The notes under the pieces are model-generated. The model saw only the letters and a list, made by a program, of their open reading frames with translations. It was not told the DNA's origin and did no database searches. This document shows positions 8,094 to 17,301 of a stretch of DNA of 64,000 bases, piece by piece. Origin of the DNA: an uncultured Atribacterota bacterium (GTDB taxonomy: Bacteria; Atribacterota; Phoenicimicrobiia; Phoenicimicrobiales; Stramentimicrobiaceae); contig CAYSRG010000003.1 in NCBI GenBank assembly GCA_964433555.1, forward strand, positions 9,802 to 73,801, given 5' to 3'. Each line of letters opens with the position of its first letter. The stretch's first letter is position 1. The position numbers and the translations under genes were made by a program.

Positions 8094-10672
8094 ATCATCT
8101 GAAATTGTGATCCTAAAACTGGATCCTTCCAGACTTCAATTCTTACTGGAAAAGCATCCTTTAAGATGGGAAGATGGGTAATTACCAGGATCTTATCAAA
8201 ATCACCCTGAATAGCATTGATAGCTTGTATTAATTTCTGTAATCCATCCTCGTCCTGGGTTCCAAATCCTTCATCAATAACCAGAGTCCTCAGGCGAGCT
8301 CCAGCCCTATAGGTTAATAGCTTAGAAAGGGCAATACGGATGGCAAAATCAATACGAAATGCCTCTCCCCCACTATAGAGCTCATAAGATCTGATACCCA
8401 TTTCATCATGAATCTTGATGTCTAAGGTCTCCTTAATCTCTCCACTCTGTAATTCTCTTAATGATTCCAGACTAACTGTAGTAGGTTCATCAGATAATCT
8501 GGTTAAAATAGCATTGGCTTCCTCTTCCAGTTCAGGTATAGCATTTTCTATAATCATAGAGGGGATACCATTCTTACCAAAAGCAATGGTCAATCTTTCA
8601 TAAATATCTTTCTGATAAGAGAGCTTCTTTTTAGTTTCTTCAACTTCTTTTTGTTCCTGCTGATATTGATTGATTTTTAATAACTTTTCCTGACTGGCTC
8701 CTTTTTTTAAAAATAATTGGTCTTGTGCTTTTTGCAACTGAGCTAAACTTTCCTGTTCTATTATTATTTTCTTTTTTAAATGAGAAATTTTGTCTATTTT
8801 CTTTTTTAATGATTCTTGATTTTCCTTTAATTTGTTAATACTGCTTTCTTTAATCTCATATTGTCCATTTATTTCCATTATTTCCTGTTCCAATTTAATA
8901 AGTAGCTTTTTTGCCTCCAACAATTTTTCCCTTTGTAACGGAATTCCTTTTAGTACTTCTAATTTTTGATTAATCTCAAGAAGTCTTTTATCACTATAGT
9001 TTTGCTTACTAATCTCCTCTTCAATCTCAGATTGTCTTTTTCTCTCCTTCAGAGCAAAATGTTGTTCACTAATCTGTATTTGGAGAGTCTTTATGGCCTG
9101 AGCCAGTTCTTTCATTTGTTCAAAAGCTTTTTTCCCTTCTTTGACCAATAAATTACAGGTGTTAAGCCTATTTTGAATATTGTCTTTTCTGGTGAGTTCA
9201 TCACGAATCTTTTTCCACTCTTGCTGTAAGACATTCTTTTTATCATTTAAGTTAGTAATATCTTTGCTTAATTCTCTTATTTCCAGTTCATTTTTTGTAA
9301 TTTCCTTTTTTATAGTTAATATTATCTGTTCTTTTTTCTGCTTATCAAGAGGTGAGTGACATAAGGGGCAGGAATCCTGGGTACCCTTTGTGAGCAAGGC
9401 TACCTTCTCCTGATTATTAGCAATTTCCTCTCCCAATCTTTTTACTTGGTTGTTTTTACCCTCTATAGTTACTTTTATTAAATTACCTTCCTGTTCAATC
9501 TGCTCTTTCTTGTCCTGCAAATCATGAAAAATTTTCATTTGTAACTCTAAATTTTTGACTTCCTGTTTCATTGATTCCAAGGAGATTGCTTTTTCGCGAA
9601 GTTCATGATATTTTTCTTGTTTATGTTCTATTTGTAGTAAAAGGCGGCTTTTATAATTTTCAATTTGATTCCCTACTTCTCTTTTCTCTTTCTCCAGTTG
9701 GCGATATCGTTGCATTAGCTCTAACATATCTTTGCTTTGCTGAGATAAATTTATATAAATGTCATAAGCAGATAATATATCCTTCTCTTGAGATAAGAGC
9801 AGTTTGTATTCCTTAATGTTTTGTTCTATCCTTTCTTTTCTCTTTACCAATTCCTGCAACTCTTTTTGCTCGGTTATAATCCTGTTAGCCATTTCTTCTG
9901 CCTTTTGCTGGTCATAATGCAATCGATTGTATTCTTGTTCCAATTTTTGTAAAATATTTTTTTTATCTCTTATTATGGTCATCTGTTTTTGTTCATCTTG
10001 CCCTATTGCTTTAATTTCCTCTACCACAACATCTTTCTGGGACACTTCCTTTTTTATTTGCTCTAATCTGCTTCTTAAAGCAATAATCTCTTGCTCCAGC
10101 TCTCTTATATGCCTGCGAGCCAGTACTGAGAGCTCTTCATAACGAGAAAGGCCTAATACTTCTGATAGAATCTGTTTCCGTTCACGAGTACTCTTGCGAG
10201 TGAATTCATCAACTCTTCCCTGTAAAATAAAAGCAGAATTAATAAAAGTATCATAATCCATTCTCAATAAGCCATTAATTCTTTGTTGAGTTTGTCGAAG
10301 GGAAGAAGCAGATAAAGAAATAAATTCCTCCTTTTGTGAATCAAATACCATTAATTCTAATTCACTATAACTCCGATTTTTTACCAGAGAAAATTTTCTG
10401 ATAATTCTATAACGCTCTCCTTCCAGATCAATAACCAGATCAACCCACATCTGATTTTCCCCTATTTTCAGTAAACCTTTATCTGCTTTTTTTTCTTGCT
10501 GCGCCTTTCTGCCCTCACCCCATAGAACCCAGGTTAGTGCATCCAGCAAGGCTGATTTTCCCTGACCATTCCTACCTGAAAGACAGGCAATGTTAAACTG
10601 GGTAAAATCCAGCGGAGGAACATCTCTCCCATAGCTTAAAAAGTTACATATTTGTAAAGTAACCGGGATCAT
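8084..10672 (-). CDS. sbcC: SbcC/Rad50-family ATPase (DNA double-strand break repair)
   Basis: 862 aa. N-terminal Walker A (LSGRNGQGKSALLDAL), a long coiled coil with a CPLC zinc hook (DSCPLCHSPLD), and a C-terminal signature/Walker B (LVIDEGFGTQD). Confidence 0.9.
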   Translation of the reverse strand: MIPVTLQICNFLSYGRDVPPLDFTQFNIACLSGRNGQGKSALLDALTWVLWGEGRKAQQEKKADKGLLKIGENQMWVDLVIDLEGERYRIIRKFSLVKNRSYSELELMVFDSQKEEFISLSASSLRQTQQRINGLLRMDYDTFINSAFILQGRVDEFTRKSTRERKQILSEVLGLSRYEELSVLARRHIRELEQEIIALRSRLEQIKKEVSQKDVVVEEIKAIGQDEQKQMTIIRDKKNILQKLEQEYNRLHYDQQKAEEMANRIITEQKELQELVKRKERIEQNIKEYKLLLSQEKDILSAYDIYINLSQQSKDMLELMQRYRQLEKEKREVGNQIENYKSRLLLQIEHKQEKYHELREKAISLESMKQEVKNLELQMKIFHDLQDKKEQIEQEGNLIKVTIEGKNNQVKRLGEEIANNQEKVALLTKGTQDSCPLCHSPLDKQKKEQIILTIKKEITKNELEIRELSKDITNLNDKKNVLQQEWKKIRDELTRKDNIQNRLNTCNLLVKEGKKAFEQMKELAQAIKTLQIQISEQHFALKERKRQSEIEEEISKQNYSDKRLLEINQKLEVLKGIPLQREKLLEAKKLLIKLEQEIMEINGQYEIKESSINKLKENQESLKKKIDKISHLKKKIIIEQESLAQLQKAQDQLFLKKGASQEKLLKINQYQQEQKEVEETKKKLSYQKDIYERLTIAFGKNGIPSMIIENAIPELEEEANAILTRLSDEPTTVSLESLRELQSGEIKETLDIKIHDEMGIRSYELYSGGEAFRIDFAIRIALSKLLTYRAGARLRTLVIDEGFGTQDEDGLQKLIQAINAIQGDFDKILVITHLPILKDAFPVRIEVWKDPVLGSQFQMIHL

Positions 10673-11919
10673 TTGTTATCCTTTCCTAAAGACATATCTT
10701 TCTGGTATAATTCCTGTTCTAATCTTTGAGTAAAGTAATTCAAATCTTTCTCCCATAGTTGCCAGTTTTGTAATTGAATGTACTCTTTCAAGGCAGAAGA
10801 TAAATCCATTTCTTCAGAAAGTGAGCTTCTTCTTAATGATGCCTTTTTCTGAATGTTTCTGTTAATACCTGTTACTAAAAAAGCTTCCTGCAAAATATCT
10901 TCAATCCTTTTAAAATCGATTCTCCTATTCGCCTCTTCAGTAGCTTCATAGATTATCCGTACTATAGCATCTCTTAAATCGTACTCGCTAATTTCTGCTA
11001 TAAAATCCTCGGTAGGATCCAAGCTATCTTCAATTTTTACTCCAATAGTCAACATATTACGAACTGGTAGCGAAATAAATTCATAAGCTACTTTTCCCTG
11101 CTCATTAATACTACCTATGCAGAATCCTTTCTCATCTTTTTCTTCTCCAAAATTAATTCGATCCATACTACCACAATAAACAATAGGTGGATTGCCAGTT
11201 GTATTTAAATTCTGATAGCGATGTATGTGTCCCAGGGCGATATAATCAAGAGGTGTGTTTTGAAAAAACTGCAATGGTATGACTGGTTCATTACCGATAG
11301 AGGCATAATTTTCCGAACCAGAAAAAACTGCCTCAGCTACTGTCAAATGACCTGCTAATATTTTGGGAAATTGATTGTCCAGCTGATTTATCAGCTCATT
11401 TATCTTTTTTAAGAGGCGTTTCTGTATCCTTTTATTAATTAAATTTAAATTACTATCCCTATATTCCTCTTTCTGAAGAAACTGATTTCTAGTTGGCCAG
11501 GGTATTCCTATGACCTGAATATTACCTTTTCCGGTTTGTAAACTAAGAAGGGTTGGTTCTGTAACCACATTAATATTGGCAATATGTAAGGTATGAAAAA
11601 TATCTAAAGAACTTGCCCTACCGAAAGTTAAGGGGTTATCATGATTACCATTAATCAAAACAGTTGGTATGCCAGCCTGGCTTAATCGAAAAATTTGTCT
11701 GGCAAATTCCCGCTGATGAGTAGGGTTGGGATTATTATTTTTATAAGCGTCTCCGCAAAAGAGAGCAAAATCAACTTTTTCTTCCAGAGCAATATCAATG
11801 GCAACAGTCAACGTTCTAATAAAATCAACTAAGCGGGAATGTAATCCAGTATGGCTATCAATGCGTCCGTAATTCTCTACACCAAGATGAATATCGGCAA
11901 AATGAAGAAATTTAAACAT
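10669..11919 (-). CDS. sbcD: SbcD/Mre11-family nuclease
   Basis: MFKFLHFADIHLG...GNHD calcineurin-like phosphoesterase motifs. It overlaps sbcC by 4 nt. Confidence 0.9.
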   Translation of the reverse strand: MFKFLHFADIHLGVENYGRIDSHTGLHSRLVDFIRTLTVAIDIALEEKVDFALFCGDAYKNNNPNPTHQREFARQIFRLSQAGIPTVLINGNHDNPLTFGRASSLDIFHTLHIANINVVTEPTLLSLQTGKGNIQVIGIPWPTRNQFLQKEEYRDSNLNLINKRIQKRLLKKINELINQLDNQFPKILAGHLTVAEAVFSGSENYASIGNEPVIPLQFFQNTPLDYIALGHIHRYQNLNTTGNPPIVYCGSMDRINFGEEKDEKGFCIGSINEQGKVAYEFISLPVRNMLTIGVKIEDSLDPTEDFIAEISEYDLRDAIVRIIYEATEEANRRIDFKRIEDILQEAFLVTGINRNIQKKASLRRSSLSEEMDLSSALKEYIQLQNWQLWEKDLNYFTQRLEQELYQKDMSLGKDNK

Positions 11920-12700
11920 CCTTTTCTTTGCTTACCTCAAAATCCAGATCAATTCCAATAGGACAGTGGTCAGAACCCTTAACATCTGATTGAATAAATG
12001 CTGATTTTAAATTATCCTTTAAATTATTGCTGATAAAGAAATAATCAATTCTCCATCCGATATTACGTTCTCTGGCTCTGGTCTTATAATCCCACCAATT
12101 ATATTGTCCCGGTTCAGAATGAAAATGACGAAATGTATCTACAAATCCAGCCTGAAGTAAATGGTCAATCCATTTTCGCTCTATAGGAAGAAATCCAGAA
12201 ACCTTTTCATTTTCCTTCGGTCTGGCTAAATCAATTTCCTTATGAGCTGTATTAACATCACCACAAATGACAACTCTTTGCCCCTCTTTTAGTAAATCAA
12301 CTGCCTTCTTTAAGATAGTGTCATAAAAATCCATTTTGTATTGTAATCTTTCCTGAGAGGCTTTACCATTAGGAAAGTAGATATTAAACAATACAAATTT
12401 AGTAAAAGTTGCCTGTATAAACCTTCCCTCGGTATCAAACCTGGGTATTCCTAATTTATCAGAAATTTTTACCGGTTTTAGCTTAGTCCAGAGAGCAACT
12501 CCGCTATAACCTTTTTTCTCTGCCTGAGCAAAATAGCTGTAGTAGCTTGATTTTTTAACAAGCTCTTCCGGTAATTGTTCCAGTTGGGATTTAGTCTCCT
12601 GAATACAATATATATCCGCCTGTTGTTGATCAAACCATGCTAAAAAATTCTTTTTATATAATGCTCTTAAACCATTAACATTCCATAATAATAATCTCAT
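11912..12700 (-). CDS. xth: exodeoxyribonuclease III (AP endonuclease)
   Basis: MRLLLWNVNGLRA...IYCIQETK...DHCPI matches the ExoIII/APE1 family motifs. Confidence 0.85.
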   Translation of the reverse strand: MRLLLWNVNGLRALYKKNFLAWFDQQQADIYCIQETKSQLEQLPEELVKKSSYYSYFAQAEKKGYSGVALWTKLKPVKISDKLGIPRFDTEGRFIQATFTKFVLFNIYFPNGKASQERLQYKMDFYDTILKKAVDLLKEGQRVVICGDVNTAHKEIDLARPKENEKVSGFLPIERKWIDHLLQAGFVDTFRHFHSEPGQYNWWDYKTRARERNIGWRIDYFFISNNLKDNLKSAFIQSDVKGSDHCPIGIDLDFEVSKEKDV

Positions 12701-12733
12701 TTCTTAACCTCTGTTATCTTGATTAATAAGCAA

Positions 12734-13429
12734 TTATAAGTGGCTTCCTTCCACTATTTGTACACCCTTGCTTGCTCCAATACGAGTAGCACCTGCTTCT
12801 ACCATCTGTAGGGCTGCCTTGTAATCTCTAATACCTCCTGCGGCCTTGATACCCATTTGGTTCCCCACAACCTTTCTCATCAGTTTTATATCTTCTACAA
12901 TAGCGCCACCCTGCTCAAAACCAGTGGATGTTTTCACAAAACTGGCACCTGCCTCGGCCGCAATCTGGCAAGCAACTTCTTTTTCCTGATCAGTTAATAA
13001 ACAATTTTCTAAAATAACTTTGCATATCAATCCTGATACAGCCTTCACCACTAATTTAATGTCTTCCTGTACTTTTTGGTAATCCTTATCCTTCAAAGCA
13101 GAAACATTGATAACCATATCAATTTCCTCAGCTCCCTCTTTAGCTGCTTCTTCTGCTTCATAAGCTTTAACCCGAGATAGGGTTGCTCCCAGAGGGAAAC
13201 CCACCACAGTACATATTTTAACTTCTGAGGTACTTAAAAAAGCTCTAGCTAAAGGTATAAAACTGGCATTTATACAGACGGAATAAAAATGGTACTGGAG
13301 GGCTTCTTTACATAGTTTTTCAATTTGTATACCAGTAACATCAGGACGTAAAGCAGTATGATCTATCAATCTGGCAATATTATTTTTGGCTAATATTTTT
13401 GCACTCTGCATGGAAATTATTTCTGGCAT
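12734..13429 (-). CDS. deoC: deoxyribose-phosphate aldolase
   Basis: CTVVGFPLG...FVKTSTGF...GG matches DeoC motifs, including the Schiff-base Lys context. Confidence 0.8.
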   Translation of the reverse strand: MPEIISMQSAKILAKNNIARLIDHTALRPDVTGIQIEKLCKEALQYHFYSVCINASFIPLARAFLSTSEVKICTVVGFPLGATLSRVKAYEAEEAAKEGAEEIDMVINVSALKDKDYQKVQEDIKLVVKAVSGLICKVILENCLLTDQEKEVACQIAAEAGASFVKTSTGFEQGGAIVEDIKLMRKVVGNQMGIKAAGGIRDYKAALQMVEAGATRIGASKGVQIVEGSHL

Positions 13430-13479
13430 GATATTTTCTCCTGTTTATTGAAACATTATAGTTTTAACTTAGTAGCTAA

Positions 13480-14124
13480 TCATTTTGGCCTAATCTCAGC
13501 AGCTCGTGGTTTATATGATTTTCGGTCAATATGTAACCTTATATTGTAGCTATTACATACAAAATTCTTCTTAATAATTTCTTTATTCTTTTTAGTAATA
13601 ATCTTATCTATTTTACATTTTCCCTTACAGTTACATTTGATTCGTTTTCCATCTCTGGAAAATACTGATATGTGAAGAGATTGAGGAGGAATATAGCTAA
13701 TTTTCCTGGAAATCATGGGAATACTCTGAGCTACTAAACGATGCATAATTTTATGAAATAAATCAGAACCAATTCTTTTTCTAAAAGCTGAAAAGGTAGA
13801 ATGAGCCGGTGTCTTTAAAAAATGGTGAAAACCACAAATTACACAATACTTAGTATTATAGCGTAGAGCTTCGGCTAACTGACGATTTGAATTTGCCTCT
13901 CCAAGATAGACAAGTAATTGGGCTTTAAATAGAGAAATAGGACTATAAATAAGCTCTTTATCATTGGAGTAACGGTCTTTAATTAAAGGATTAATAAAAG
14001 ACCAATCTATTGACTCAAAGATCATCTTCAACGGATCATTCTTTTTTATCTTTCTGTAGGCTTCATAAGTAGAAAATGAAAATTGCTGTTTTTCGTTTTT
14101 CTCCATCAAGTCTGATTTCCACAA
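13480..14124 (-). mobile_element. IS1182/IS5-type transposase N-terminal domain (DUF772) fragment without a DDE catalytic domain
   Basis: 214 aa. SPISLFKAQLLVYLGEANSNRQLAEALRYNTKYCVICGF...PAHSTFSAFRKRI matches the transposase N-terminal HTH region. The C-terminus is Cys/Lys-rich (CNCKGKCK) and no DDE motif is present. Confidence 0.6.
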
Positions 14125-14190
14125 AATTTTACCTATATAATAATATTACTTTCAGGAATAATATCAAGAACAAAAACACTTTGTAGATAA

Positions 14191-15561
14191 TTAAAACCTT
14201 TTGTACTTTTTTCTTAAAAAAGTAGGTATATCCAGATCTTCTTTATCCGGTAACTTTTTGGTAAGGCCCAGGTCATCTTCTGTTAATGGCCTATTGTCAT
14301 CAAAACTTAAGTCTTTTTCTTTGGAAACTGGACTTTCAGTTAAATTTTCAGAAGAGTAAGGGAAAATCCTTTCCTTCTTTTTTTCTTCTTGCTCTAGTTT
14401 CTCTCGAACTGAAATTGTTTCTGCCCTTTCTTGATACAACGGCATAGGCATAGCCTTTTCACACTTGGTAGCTATTACTGTAACCCTTACTTCATCCTGC
14501 ATATTTTCTGAAATTATAGCACCAAAAACAATATTAGCTTCTCTACCAGCTGCTTTGGAAACTAAATCTACTATCTCATTGATCTCATAAAGACTCATAT
14601 CCAATCCACCAGTTACATTTACCAGTAATGAATTGGAACCTTTAATAGATACTTCCAGTAAGGGGCTGGAAATAGCTGCTTCTGCAGCTGTTGAAGCTTT
14701 ATTATTTCCACGCCCTATTCCAATACCCACTAAGGCAAATCCAGCATCTTTAATTACAGCTTTTACATCTGCTAAGTCAAGATTGATTAATCCGGGAGTA
14801 GTAATCAGGTCTGCAATAGCCTGCACTGATTGTCTTAATACACGATCGGTAATTTCGAAAGCCTCTTTAACTGAGGTATCCTTGCTAATCATAGTAAGTA
14901 AACGATCATTGGAAATAGTAATAATTGCATCAACCTGTTTTTTAAGTTCTTCTATTCCCTGTTCCGCCTGCACAATTCTTTTTTTGCCTTCAAAGCTAAA
15001 AGGACGTGTTACGACTCCAATAGTAAGAGCTCCCTCTCTTTTAGCTATTTCAGCAATAACAGGTGCTGCACCACTACCCGTTCCTCCACCCATACCAGCA
15101 GTAATAAATACAATATCACCATCTTCCAGAACTTTAGCAATAGCATTTCTATCTTCTTCAGCAGCTTTCTTGCCAATTTCTGGATCACCACCAGCACCTA
15201 AACCTTTAGTGGTTAACTTTCCAATTTGCACTTTCTGATTTGCCTGAGATAAGGAAAGTGCCTGTAAATCTGTATTAACCGCTATTAGTTCTAACCCATT
15301 AATACGATGGTTAGCCATCTCTTCAATGGCATTATTTCCACTTCCCCCAACGCCAATTACCTTAATATTGACAAAATTATCTACCTTTTGTTCTTCCACA
15401 GGAACCTTTTCTCTAACATTGCGATAAACCAAATCACCGTCTCCATTGACGGAATTTGATATGACTGGCTTTTTATCCAGATCATGAGAAGTATCCCTGA
15501 TTAATTCTTGTTTGTAATCCAGGATTTTAGTAAAGCCGCGTGCTAATTTTTTCTTTTTCAA
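14191..15561 (-). CDS. ftsZ: cell division GTPase FtsZ
   Basis: [13 protein letters not shown], the tubulin signature [14 protein letters not shown], and the C-terminal FtsA/ZipA-binding peptide DIPTFLRK. It has a TTG start with an SD GAGGTGA. The 5' end overlaps the upstream parA-like gene by 35 nt. Confidence 0.9.
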   Translation of the reverse strand: MKKKKLARGFTKILDYKQELIRDTSHDLDKKPVISNSVNGDGDLVYRNVREKVPVEEQKVDNFVNIKVIGVGGSGNNAIEEMANHRINGLELIAVNTDLQALSLSQANQKVQIGKLTTKGLGAGGDPEIGKKAAEEDRNAIAKVLEDGDIVFITAGMGGGTGSGAAPVIAEIAKREGALTIGVVTRPFSFEGKKRIVQAEQGIEELKKQVDAIITISNDRLLTMISKDTSVKEAFEITDRVLRQSVQAIADLITTPGLINLDLADVKAVIKDAGFALVGIGIGRGNNKASTAAEAAISSPLLEVSIKGSNSLLVNVTGGLDMSLYEINEIVDLVSKAAGREANIVFGAIISENMQDEVRVTVIATKCEKAMPMPLYQERAETISVREKLEQEEKKKERIFPYSSENLTESPVSKEKDLSFDDNRPLTEDDLGLTKKLPDKEDLDIPTFLRKKYKRF

Positions 15562-16333
15562 AGGTAATCACCTCTTGAGCAAGTTCTGAATAATCTTCTG
15601 CTCCATGAGATTTTGGATCATAGTATATAATAGGAATCCCCTGACTGGAAGACTCCACCAGGGAAATATTTTTTCTGATAATTGTTTTAAAAACTCTTTC
15701 TTTAAAAAAATCTCTCGTTTCCTCAATAACTTCTTTGGCAATATTACTTCTCGTGTCAGCAATAGTGATCAGGACATATATCTCTAAAAAATGATGTAAA
15801 TTTTGATGAACAATCTTAATTGTTTCCATAAATTCTTCGATACCACGAAGAGCAAAATAATGAGGTTGTATCGGAATAATCACTTCATTTGAAGCCTTTA
15901 ATGCGTTAATAGTTAATATGCCCAGTGAGGGTGGGCAATCAACAATGATATAATCAAATTTTATTTTACAATTCTGAATACCAATATTTAAAAAATCCTC
16001 TCTGCCAATCTGATCAATCAATTTATACTCAGCACTGGCAAAGTCAATGTTGCTTGGTGCTAAGTATAGATTTCCATCAGAGAATTTTTTCATTTGAATT
16101 ACAATATCTTCCATGTCAAGCTTATTGGGAGAACGATTTGGCTCCAGAACATTGAGCATCGTTTTTTCTAACTCGTTGGGTTCAATTCCCAAACCGATAG
16201 TGGTATGTGCCTGGGGATCCATATCAATAAGCAGTACTTTTTTCCCAAACTCAGTTAAGCAAGTCCCTAAATTAATAGAAGTGGTGGTTTTGGCAACTCC
16301 GCCTTTTTGATTAGCAACTGAAATAATTCGCAA
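15527..16333 (-). CDS. ParA/Soj/MinD-superfamily P-loop ATPase, directly upstream of and overlapping ftsZ
   Basis: [20 protein letters not shown]...LLIDMDPQ is a deviant Walker A with Ala in place of the second Gly. The likely start is TTG at 16333, preceded by a strong SD ACAGGAGGT. The track ORF starts at 16372. Confidence 0.8.
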   Translation of the reverse strand: MRIISVANQKGGVAKTTTSINLGTCLTEFGKKVLLIDMDPQAHTTIGLGIEPNELEKTMLNVLEPNRSPNKLDMEDIVIQMKKFSDGNLYLAPSNIDFASAEYKLIDQIGREDFLNIGIQNCKIKFDYIIVDCPPSLGILTINALKASNEVIIPIQPHYFALRGIEEFMETIKIVHQNLHHFLEIYVLITIADTRSNIAKEVIEETRDFFKERVFKTIIRKNISLVESSSQGIPIIYYDPKSHGAEDYSELAQEVITFEKEKISTRLY

Positions 16334-17301
16334 CTGGCTTACCTCCTGTATATGACATACCAGGTATTCCACAAAATAATTTCCTGGAAAACCTTTAATT
16401 ATCCTTACCTTAAAAGAATATTTATCATTATTCTAAAAATTCATTTATGAAATATGAAATCAATATTTTCCCAAATACTTTATATTATCAAATCATATTG
16501 ATTCAATTTTTTAAAGTGCATAACATACATAGCATATATGTATATGAATTACAGTGATTAAAAGAGAGATCGGGGTTCGCTTTTCATTAGCCATTTTTAC
16601 TCTATTCTTTTTTCACTTTTCCTATTTTTAGCCTATCCTTGCTGGTAACTCTATCTCTTATTCTATATATCAAGTAAAAAAAATTAACTTGAGTACATTT
16701 TTATCTGTTAGGTTAATTTATATTATCATTACACCATTACTACCTTCTGATAAGGCAATTTTTAGCGTTTGAATAAAAGATATTGTGAAAAATATTTCTT
16801 TTTGAAAGATAATATTTATAGTAATTGTTCAGGAGTTTATAAGACAATCATTACAATTATTTATGATTATATCACAATCATATATTGTCATGCTATAAAC
16901 AATAAGTAAATTTCTAAAATATTTAAGTTTATTTCCCAGACAAAATGGGCTAACATATTAATACAATTTCTTTATATTTTACCCTCTTTTCATCAACTTG
17001 ACAAATATATTCTTAAGTAAAATTTATACAGCATATGTTAATCCTAATTTTAAAAAATGAAGTTAACGCCAATTCCTAATATTTCTCTTGATATTTCTCC
17101 TTATAATCCAATTCATTAATACTTACGAACTTACGGTACAGATAGCTCCTTTAAAGAAATTGATTTGGTATATTTTCAAACGTTACTTACGATATTTATA
17201 TTTGACTTTTTATCCCTTTAAATATATACTTGCTATTAATAGTTAGTACTAAAAATAAGAAAGATATTTAAAACTGCTAATAATCCGGGAGGATAGTAAA
17301 A

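Noticed and set aside
13450-13465. GAAACATTATAGTTTT upstream of deoC as a possible third LexA box
   Set aside because: The half-site spacing is N6 rather than the N4 seen in the two good boxes (AACATATGTTT). It is likely chance similarity in AT-rich DNA.
14633-15238. 201-aa plus-strand ORF antisense to ftsZ
   Set aside because: Low-complexity Ala/Ser/Pro/Ile-rich translation lying entirely inside the well-supported ftsZ gene on the other strand. It is a typical antisense artefact.
16373-17301. Replication-origin features (DnaA boxes) or tmRNA/RNase P/SRP RNA in the long AT-rich gap
   Set aside because: No TTATCCACA-type boxes and no conserved RNA motifs were found, for example the tmRNA T-loop GGTTCGANTCC. 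This leaves a generic unexplained non-coding region.
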